Assembly: GCA_938011325.1 (NCBI GenBank) | Contig: CALLUD010000010.1 | Span: 21,724-85,723, forward strand | Reading direction: 5' to 3' | Length of the DNA stretch: 64,000 nt | Source: an uncultured Spartobacteria bacterium | GTDB taxonomy: Bacteria; Verrucomicrobiota; Verrucomicrobiia; Chthoniobacterales; JAATET01 | Shown here: piece after piece, positions 24,899 to 31,896 of the stretch | Numbering within the stretch: position 1 is the first letter of the stretch | How the letters are laid out: each line of letters starts with the position of its first letter | Position numbers and translations under genes: made by a program | The notes under the pieces: generated by a model | What the model saw: the letters and a program-made list of their open reading frames with translations, nothing else | Told to the model about the DNA's origin: nothing | Database searches by the model: none

Positions 24899-25453
24899 TC
24901 AGGCAAACTCGGGAATCACCAGCACGGGGCACGGTGCGGCATGGAGGATGCCTTCCGCCTTGCTGCCCACCATCATGTGTCTCAGAAACGAGTATTGGTG
25001 GGTCGATGTGATGATGAGATCGACCCCCAGCTCCTTCGCGGCGCATGGCACCTCATCGATGACATAGCCGGGCTTCACGATCCCCTCCGCGATCCGAATT
25101 CCCTCGTCACACAGCTCCCGCTGAAATTGCGAGAGCCGGGCCTTCGCGGCTTCCCTCAACCCCTCATTCAAGTCGTGCAACTGCCACGGCGTGGTGTGCG
25201 CGGGCGCGTAGGACTTTTCATCGTAAACATGGACCAGGATCAGCTCCGCCCCAAACCTCCGCGCGAAGCAATACGCCCACCTGACCAGTCTCTTCGATCT
25301 CTCGTCACAGTCCACCGGCACGAGGAACTGCTTGGTATCCGCCGAGTCGATGCCGACATTCACCTTTCGGTCCGACGCGAGCGAATCGCTGCGAACCGAG
25401 CGAAGCCAGGACAACGAATCTCGGGTCATGGGGAACGGCGCTTGCGTCTTCAT
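24899..25453 (-). CDS. universal stress protein (UspA family)
   Basis: FLVPVDCDERSKRLVRWAYCFARRFGAELILVHV ... LIITSTHQYSFLRHMMVGSKAEGILHAAPCPVLVI. This is the typical USP ATP-binding C-terminal motif. Confidence 0.8.
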   Translation of the reverse strand: MKTQAPFPMTRDSLSWLRSVRSDSLASDRKVNVGIDSADTKQFLVPVDCDERSKRLVRWAYCFARRFGAELILVHVYDEKSYAPAHTTPWQLHDLNEGLREAAKARLSQFQRELCDEGIRIAEGIVKPGYVIDEVPCAAKELGVDLIITSTHQYSFLRHMMVGSKAEGILHAAPCPVLVIPEFA

Positions 25454-25553
25454 GGAAGAACACTCGCTCCCGCTCCTCCCCGGAGCTTACCCCCGCTTGG
25501 CAATTCCTGTGTGTTTCTTGCTCCAGCGCAAATTCAGGCGCCCATTCAGAGCC

Positions 25554-25892
25554 TCAAGTGCGGATGAGCTTCACGCCAATTGACGCCAAGCCATGCGGCA
25601 CAGCCAGGCGGATCGTGCCCCGTTGCAGAAGCGTGGCGGCCAGGGTTTGAAGCCAGGGACGCGAACACTCAATCCGCGTTGGCACGAAGGTGAGCCCGTC
25701 GGGTTGCTCCTCGAGCCGGTAGTCGATCTTCGCCGAAATGGGCTGGTCCTCGCCGATGAGGTCCGCGGTCAATTCGATCGTCTCACCCTCGAGCTTTAGC
25801 GACGTGATGTGCCCCAGCGATTTGAATTGGTGATTGAGGAAAGTGCGCACGGCACCGGCCAGCGCGAGGTTTTTTACGTCGGAGAGCCACAT
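25554..25892 (-). CDS. hypothetical protein (112 aa), no recognisable family
   Basis: An ATG-initiated ORF in the same orientation as the USP gene. It has no TM helix or signal peptide, and I do not recognise any motif. Confidence 0.45.
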   Translation of the reverse strand: MWLSDVKNLALAGAVRTFLNHQFKSLGHITSLKLEGETIELTADLIGEDQPISAKIDYRLEEQPDGLTFVPTRIECSRPWLQTLAATLLQRGTIRLAVPHGLASIGVKLIRT

Positions 25893-26024
25893 CGCCTATG
25901 GATCGAGTCTACCCGGAAGTCCGGGTGCGGAAAAGTGCCATCGCACCGGCGTTTTGCCTGAGGCCACGAAATCGGCGCATCATTTGCCACACGTGGTTCC
26001 TCTTCGCGGTGCGATCTCACGGCG

Positions 26025-26099
26025 ATGAACAGCGTATTCTACATCATTGGAGTCATCGTCGTCGTGGTCGTCGTCCTGAAGTTGTTTGGCCTCTTCTGA
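26025..26099 (+). CDS. unannotated 24-aa hydrophobic mini-ORF (single TM helix peptide)
   Basis: MNSVFYIIGVIVVVVVVLKLFGLF, running from ATG to TGA. 20 of 24 third positions are G/C. It contains a (GTC)n-like run. It is too short for the ORF track. Confidence 0.25.
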   Translation: MNSVFYIIGVIVVVVVVLKLFGLF

Positions 26100-26248
26100 C
26101 GGAACACGACCCGGACGCCGTTCGCTCAAGTCCGCACACGATACTTTGTCGTCGTGCGCTCATCCGCCTTTTCCCGCGGTCAGTAAAATGGACAGGCCGC
26201 CGGGATTCCCACCCCGACGGCCTGCGACACCTTCAACCCGTGATTTAC

Positions 26249-26467
26249 TCAGTTCAACCCGGTCGCCGGCTGAGCCAGCAGACTGGCAAAAATCTGGTCC
26301 CGTCTTCGGCGGGCGATCTGCGCCTGCCGCGTTTCGAGCGATTTGCGAACCCGCCGCTTCGTGTAATCCGGAAGGTGCAGCGTGTAGTGAATCCACCACG
26401 TGCCGTTGTTGTTCCAGAGGTGGTGGTCCGGGTTGTTGTCCGTGATTCGAATGGATGGTGTGCCCAT
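26249..26467 (-). pseudogene. truncated tyrosine-recombinase (phage-type integrase) N-terminal fragment
   Basis: A 72-aa ORF. HLWNNNGTWWIHYTLHLPDYTKRRVRKSLETRQAQIARRRRDQIF resembles the N-terminal arm-type/beta-hairpin segment of integrases (G-x-WW-x-x-Y ... R-x-SL-x-T ... A). No core-binding or catalytic domain follows in any frame. Confidence 0.45.
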
Positions 26468-26685
26468 GATGCGTTTGTCGTGTTTGATTTCGATTTACGC
26501 ATCGAAGAGAGAGCGCCTACGGCGCTGCTGGAGACTGACCGTTCGAACCCGCTTTCGCGGACTCGCACATCGGTTCGGAAGAACCAGGCACCTCGACGTC
26601 TCCTCGTCAGGTTGCCGGACCTGCGTTTCCACAGGCCACTCTTGATGCTTGGAGCAGGATACGCATCCCGCGGCAGGATGCACGT

Positions 26686-26710
26686 GGAAAATTTGTCATA
26701 GTAAAAATCC
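26686..26710 (+). promoter_or_regulatory. AT-rich island upstream of nupC (promoter candidate)
   Basis: GGAAAATTTGTCATAGTAAAAATCC is the only strongly AT-rich stretch in the 280-nt ORF-free region and lies about 45 nt before the nupC ATG. I could not fit a clean -35/-10 pair. Confidence 0.2.
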
Positions 26711-26751
26711 CCCGTCGGTGGCACGGGATCGGCTGTCCCTCGCAGCAGCCC

Positions 26752-28077
26752 ATGGAGTTCTTCGTGCATGTCGTTCGCGGCGCGATTGGAATCATCGCCT
26801 TTCTCGGCATCGCCGTCCTTTTCAGCACGAATCGACGCGCCATCGACTGGCGACTTGTGGCCGGTGGCGTCGCGATTCAACTCGTCATCGCCCTGCTCGT
26901 CCTGCACGTCGGTCCGGTGCGCGCGGCATTCGACGCCGTGGGCAGCTTCTTCGTGCAACTCCTCGCGTTCACCAACGAGGGAACGCATTTGCTTTTCGGA
27001 TGGTTCGCGGGACTCGCCGGCGGCAATGTGCCGAAACTCCCCTTCACCGAAGGCGGGCCGGTTTTCGCGCTCACCGTGCTGCCCAGCATCGTGTTCTTCG
27101 CGGCATTCTCCTCGTTGCTCTACCGCCTGGGCATCCTCCAGCGCATCGTTTACGCCATCGCCTGGGTGCTCTCGAAAACGATGCGTCTCTCCGGCGCCGA
27201 GACGCTGAACGCTGCGGCAAACATTTTCGTCGGACAAACCGAGGCCCCTCTCCTCATCAAGCCCTACCTCGCAGGCATGACCCGCTCGGAGCTTCTCGCG
27301 GTAATGGTCGGCGGCATGGCCACGATTGCCGGCGGCGTGATGGCCGCCTACATCACATTCCTTGGCGGCAACGACCCCGCGGCGCAGGCGCGCTGGGCCA
27401 CACACCTGCTCACCGCATCGGTTCTCTCCGCACCGGCCGCATTGCTCACCGCAAAGATTCTCATGCCGCAGGTGGAGGAAATCGACCAACGGCTCCACCT
27501 CTACGATCAGCGCCCCGGCGCCAATCTGCTCGATGCCGTCGTCATTGGCACGACCGACGGCGTGAAACTCGCCATCAATGTCGGCGCCATGCTGCTCGTC
27601 TTCACCGCGCTCGTGGCGATGGTCAACTGGATGCTCGCCAACTGGATCGGCTCATGGACCGGTCTGAATGGCTGGATCGCCACCGTGACCAATGGCCGGT
27701 TCGATTCCCTCTCGCTCGAGCTTGCCTTCGGCCTGCTCGGCGCACCCCTCGCATGGCTGATGGGCGTCGACCCCGGTCACCTTCTGCACGCCGGCCGGCT
27801 GCTCGGCGAACGCACCGTGCTCAACGAATTCTACGCCTACGTCTCGATGAGCCAGCTCCAGGCCTCGGGCGAACTCACGGACGAGCGCACATGCGCGATC
27901 CTCGCCTACGCCCTCTGCGGATTTTCGAATCTCGTCTCGATTGGAATCCAGGTCGGCGGCATCGGCGCACTTGCACCGGGACAGCGCGAGACCCTCGCGA
28001 AACTCGGCTGGCGCGCACTTCTCGGCAGCACCATCGCCTGCGCGCTCACCGCCTGTATTGCGGGAATGCTTCTCTAG
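26752..28077 (+). CDS. nupC: NupC/CNT-family concentrative nucleoside transporter
   Basis: 441 aa. The family N-terminus is RGAIGIIAFLGIAVLFSTNRRAIDWRLVAGGVAIQLVIALLVL. The central region contains NIFVGQTEAPLLIKPYL. The C-terminus contains LCGFSNLVSIGIQVGGIG. Confidence 0.88.
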   Translation: MEFFVHVVRGAIGIIAFLGIAVLFSTNRRAIDWRLVAGGVAIQLVIALLVLHVGPVRAAFDAVGSFFVQLLAFTNEGTHLLFGWFAGLAGGNVPKLPFTEGGPVFALTVLPSIVFFAAFSSLLYRLGILQRIVYAIAWVLSKTMRLSGAETLNAAANIFVGQTEAPLLIKPYLAGMTRSELLAVMVGGMATIAGGVMAAYITFLGGNDPAAQARWATHLLTASVLSAPAALLTAKILMPQVEEIDQRLHLYDQRPGANLLDAVVIGTTDGVKLAINVGAMLLVFTALVAMVNWMLANWIGSWTGLNGWIATVTNGRFDSLSLELAFGLLGAPLAWLMGVDPGHLLHAGRLLGERTVLNEFYAYVSMSQLQASGELTDERTCAILAYALCGFSNLVSIGIQVGGIGALAPGQRETLAKLGWRALLGSTIACALTACIAGMLL

Positions 28078-28916
28078 CGCAGCGACACCCGCGCAAGCAC
28101 CGGCCAGTGGTCGGAGACGAACACATCCCCTCGCTTGACCACGAGGTAACTGCAGGAGTCGACCGTGACGTCAGGATTCACGAAAATGTAATCGATCACG
28201 TTGGAGGGTCCGTTGTCGCGAAATCCATTGAACGTCGCGTCTCCACGCTCGCCGCGATCCGTCAGCGTCGCGGCTGATTTCAACGGAATCGTCGCATCGC
28301 TGGTCATCGCCTGAACCACCGGTGAATCCGGCGTCGAGTTGAAATCCCCGGTGACCATCACCGGTAGATCCGTTCCCAGCTCCGCCAGTTTCGCCAAAAT
28401 CAGTCGCACCCCCTCGCGCCTTGCCACATTGCCGATGTGGTCGAGATGTGTGTTTAGAAAGAAAAAACTCCGCCCCGTCTCCCGGTCCTTGAACACCGCC
28501 CACGTCGCAATGCGCGGACACGCAGCATCCCAGCCCATGCCCGGCGAATCCGGCGTTTCCGAAAGCCAGAAATGGCCGGAACGAATCAACTCCAGCCTGT
28601 CCCGACGATAAAAAATCGGCGCGAACTCCCCGGCCTTGTCGCCGTCATCACGTCCCACGCCCACCCACTCATATTCCGGCAACGCCTTCTTCAGATCCTG
28701 AATCTGCCCGATCAGCGCCTCCTGCAACCCGGCAAGGTCCACCGCGTTGTCTTTGAAAACCTCGGCGGCCATCTCCTTTCGATTTGGCCAGGCATTCGCG
28801 CCATCCTTTGCATTGTTATAGCGGAGGTTGAAGCTGAGCACGTTCAACGCCTCGCCACCGCACGCGACCGAACCAAAACTCCACGCCGCCAGCGCGGCCA
28901 ACAATACACGTCTCAT
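28074..28916 (-). CDS. secreted endonuclease/exonuclease/phosphatase (EEP) family protein
   Basis: The signal peptide is MRRVLLAALAAWSFGSVACG. EEP motifs are present (LNVLSFNLRYNN, LAGLQEA, VMVTGDFNSTPDS, SDHWPVLARV). The start overlaps the gspF stop by 4 nt. Confidence 0.8.
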   Translation of the reverse strand: MRRVLLAALAAWSFGSVACGGEALNVLSFNLRYNNAKDGANAWPNRKEMAAEVFKDNAVDLAGLQEALIGQIQDLKKALPEYEWVGVGRDDGDKAGEFAPIFYRRDRLELIRSGHFWLSETPDSPGMGWDAACPRIATWAVFKDRETGRSFFFLNTHLDHIGNVARREGVRLILAKLAELGTDLPVMVTGDFNSTPDSPVVQAMTSDATIPLKSAATLTDRGERGDATFNGFRDNGPSNVIDYIFVNPDVTVDSCSYLVVKRGDVFVSDHWPVLARVSLR

Positions 28917-30163
28917 TCGTTAAGTAATCTCGGTTTGAGGCTCGAGACCGAGGACAAAATGCCCATGATCATCGAATAGGCCACGATTCCGACAAACAGC
29001 GCGACCATCATGATCGTGATCGGCTGAATGAGATTCGTGATTTGCGCGATGCGGTTCGAAAACTCCCGATCGAATCGTTTTGCACTCCGCTCCAGCGCGC
29101 CGGCGATGTCACCCGTTTGCTCGCCCACCGTGATCATGTCGATCATCAACGCGGGAAACACACCGGCCGCCTTCATTGCCGACGACAGCGAACTTCCCTC
29201 ACCGACACGATCCGCCATCCGGTGGAGAATCTTGCGCAGATAGAGATTCGAAGTGGCGCGCTCGAGCAGGCTCAGGCCGTTGAGAAGCGTGACGCCGTTC
29301 GCCACCAGCGTCGACAGCGTCTGCGAAAACTCCGCGAAGAAACGTCCCTGCAGCACCGCGCCGACGAGCGGAATCCGTAGCTGGATGCAATCCCATTTGA
29401 AACGTCCCTCCGGCGTTCGCCGCCACGCCTCGAAACCGAGACCGATCAGCACCACGATCACGCACATGAGCCACCACCAGGCGCCGACAAAATTGCTCAC
29501 GCCGATCATCATGCGCGTCATGAACGGCAGCTTAGCCTGGCTCTTGCTCAGCAGCTCGGTGAGCTGCGGCAGGAGGAACATCATGAAAATGATCATCAGC
29601 ACGATGCCGGCCGAAAAGACGATGCTCGGATAAACCAACGCCATCGCGACGCGCTTCCGCAAATCGGTCATGATCGCGAAATACTCCGCCTGGCGTTTCA
29701 GGATGGTCGGCAGGGCGCCCGCGGCCTCACCCGCCGCAACCATGCTGCAAAACAGCTCCGAAAAACATTTCCCGCACGAGCGAAGGGCGTTGGAAAAACT
29801 CACGCCGTCGCGCACCTGCTGCCTCAGATAGCTGGCCACCGGCTTGAGTTGCGACGTCTCACGCCGCGACTCGATCACCCGCAAGGCCGGCTCCAGCTGC
29901 AGTCCGGAGTCGAGCATTTCGGAAAGTTCCTCGGTGAACGTGAGAAGCTGCGCGGCGGGCAACGCGCGAATCTTGCTCCCATCGGCGGACTTCACGCCGC
30001 GGTCCGCGTTCTGCAACGGCGCTCCGCTTCCGACTTCGATCGAGACGGGACGAAGCTTGCGCGCACGCAGCGTGTTGTAGGCCTCCGCCTTCGAGCGCGC
30101 CTCCAGCGTGCCCGTTTCAATTCCGCCCGACTCGTTCGCCGCCTTGAAAACGAACTGCTCCAT
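28913..30163 (-). CDS. gspF: type II secretion system inner-membrane platform protein GspF
   Basis: 416 aa. It has the duplicated GspF/PilC domain architecture with 3 TM segments (LSEMLDSGLQLEPALRV..., FSQTLSTLVANGVTLLNGL). Confidence 0.88.
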   Translation of the reverse strand: MEQFVFKAANESGGIETGTLEARSKAEAYNTLRARKLRPVSIEVGSGAPLQNADRGVKSADGSKIRALPAAQLLTFTEELSEMLDSGLQLEPALRVIESRRETSQLKPVASYLRQQVRDGVSFSNALRSCGKCFSELFCSMVAAGEAAGALPTILKRQAEYFAIMTDLRKRVAMALVYPSIVFSAGIVLMIIFMMFLLPQLTELLSKSQAKLPFMTRMMIGVSNFVGAWWWLMCVIVVLIGLGFEAWRRTPEGRFKWDCIQLRIPLVGAVLQGRFFAEFSQTLSTLVANGVTLLNGLSLLERATSNLYLRKILHRMADRVGEGSSLSSAMKAAGVFPALMIDMITVGEQTGDIAGALERSAKRFDREFSNRIAQITNLIQPITIMMVALFVGIVAYSMIMGILSSVSSLKPRLLNE

Positions 30164-31893
30164 TACTCGTCAAGCGCCCTCACATCCTCCGCAGCCGTGA
30201 CGCGCAGCACTTCCTCGACGGACGTCACGCCCTCAACGACGCGTTTCCAACCGTAATTGCGCAGCGAAACCATGCCCTGCTCCGCAGCCTTCTGCTTCAG
30301 CACGGACGTGGACGCCTTTTGCTGCACAAGCTCCTGAAGCTCCGGCGTCATGAGGCAGATCTCGTAGAGCGCCGTGCGTCCGCGGTAGCCGGTGCCGCGG
30401 CACGCATCGCATCCGCCGGGACCAAACGTCGAGCCCGCCCACTCCTTGGGAAAGCCGATGTGCTGGAGATACTGGGCGGAATGCGAATCGGCCGTGCGGC
30501 AATCGGGGCAAAGCCGTCGCACAAGACGCTGCGCGATGAACGCACGCACCGACGAGCCGATGAGGAACGGCTCCACCCCCATGTCGAGAAGGCGAATGAT
30601 GCCGCCCACGGAATCGTTCGTATGGAGCGTGCTGAAAACGAGGTGACCGGTGAGCGCCGCGCGCACGGCGATTTCGGCCGTCTCGAGGTCGCGCATCTCA
30701 CCGACCATGATGACATTCGGATCGCCACGCAGCACGCTGCGCAATGCCGTGGCGAAGGTGAGATTGATCTCGGGCTTCACCGCAATCTGAATCACGCCGG
30801 GCAGCTTGTGCTCCACGGGATCCTCGATCGTCACGATGCGGCGCTCCTTCGTGTTCAGCGACGAAAGGAACGTGTAAAGGCTCGTCGATTTGCCGCTTCC
30901 CGTCGGCCCCGTGACCAGCACGATGCCGTTCGGATTCTTCAACAGATCGCGAACGGTATTCTCCATCTGCTGATCGAGACCCAGCCTCGCGAAGTCGAAT
31001 CGTTCCTGGCCGAGCAAGCGCAGACTGATGGTTTCGCCCGTGACCGACGGAATCGTAGCAACGCGCACGTCGATCGACTCGCCACCGAACTCGAGATTGA
31101 TGCGCCCGTCCTGCGGCACGCGACGCTCGGCGATGTCGAGGTTCGCCATGATCTTGATGCGCGAGAGCACCGACGCCTGGAGAAGTTTGATATTCTGCGG
31201 CACCGGCACCTCGTGCAGCACGCCGTCGATGCGGTAGCGAATGCGCAGATCGTTGCCGAGCGGCTCGACGTGAATGTCCGTCGCCCGCTCGACCAGCGCC
31301 TCGCGAATGATCTGGTTCACGAACTTCATCACCGAGGCCTCGGAGTCCTCGCTGTCGAGGACGTTCACCTCCTCCGCCGCGTCGAGATCAATCTCGCCGT
31401 CCTCGCGTCCCTCGAGGAGTTCCTCGAACGTCTCGGCGCCGACGCCGTATTGCTCGCGAATCGCTCCGACCACGAACTTTCGCGTGCTGAACACGAATCG
31501 CACGCGGCCGGGAAATTGCTGGCGCACCGCAGCCCGGGCCGCATTGTCGAGCGGATCGTAGCCCGCAAGGGTGAGCTGCTCATCGCTCAGTCCGACGGCA
31601 ACAAGGTGGTAGCGCAGCGCGAGGCGCGCGGGAAACGACTTCGCGAAATTCGGCGCACCCTCGGCGGGCGGCTCATACCATTCCACGCCAAGCCGCTCGC
31701 AGAGCGCCTGCAGAAACGGCTTTTCCGGAAGTCCGTCGTTTTCCAGCACCGCGCGCACCACCGAGCGCTGCTGCTGCAATGCCTCGGAGGCCGCATCGAT
31801 CAATGAGGAGTCGAGCGGAACCTTTGCCGCTTCCAGCGACTCCGACACGAGGTCGAGAATCGGATTTCCAATCGTGGGAAGCGTGGGCGTCAC
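30163..31893 (-). CDS. gspE: type II secretion ATPase GspE
   Basis: 576 aa with an N-terminal T2SSE_N-like domain. Walker A is GPTGSGKST, the Asp box is present, Walker B is IMVGEMRD, the His box is TGHLVFSTLHTN, and the tetracysteine motif is CPDC...CDAC. Confidence 0.92.
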   Translation of the reverse strand: MTPTLPTIGNPILDLVSESLEAAKVPLDSSLIDAASEALQQQRSVVRAVLENDGLPEKPFLQALCERLGVEWYEPPAEGAPNFAKSFPARLALRYHLVAVGLSDEQLTLAGYDPLDNAARAAVRQQFPGRVRFVFSTRKFVVGAIREQYGVGAETFEELLEGREDGEIDLDAAEEVNVLDSEDSEASVMKFVNQIIREALVERATDIHVEPLGNDLRIRYRIDGVLHEVPVPQNIKLLQASVLSRIKIMANLDIAERRVPQDGRINLEFGGESIDVRVATIPSVTGETISLRLLGQERFDFARLGLDQQMENTVRDLLKNPNGIVLVTGPTGSGKSTSLYTFLSSLNTKERRIVTIEDPVEHKLPGVIQIAVKPEINLTFATALRSVLRGDPNVIMVGEMRDLETAEIAVRAALTGHLVFSTLHTNDSVGGIIRLLDMGVEPFLIGSSVRAFIAQRLVRRLCPDCRTADSHSAQYLQHIGFPKEWAGSTFGPGGCDACRGTGYRGRTALYEICLMTPELQELVQQKASTSVLKQKAAEQGMVSLRNYGWKRVVEGVTSVEEVLRVTAAEDVRALDE

Positions 31894-31896
31894 GAT

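Noticed and set aside
26190-26222. The minus strand reads GGCCGTCGGGGTGGGAATCCCGGCGGCCTGTCCA. It ends in CCA and resembles a tRNA 3' fragment.
   Set aside because: The T-loop would be TGGGAAT (no U55/C56) and the stems do not pair. It is probably a chance GC-rich hairpin.
26536-26552. GACCGTTCGAACCCGC looked like a tRNA T-arm (GGTTCGAAxCC) next to the integrase stub, suggesting a tRNA att site.
   Set aside because: No 5-bp T-stem can be formed around it on either strand, and no acceptor, D or anticodon arms are present. It is just the palindrome GTTCGAAC.
25898-26701. A 267-aa plus-strand ORF spanning the ORF-poor patch. The 249-aa ORF at 24262-25011 is similar.
   Set aside because: The translations are Arg/Pro-rich with no motifs. 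The first overlaps the integrase stub and mini-ORF, and the second overlaps the USP gene in antisense, so both are treated as GC artefacts.
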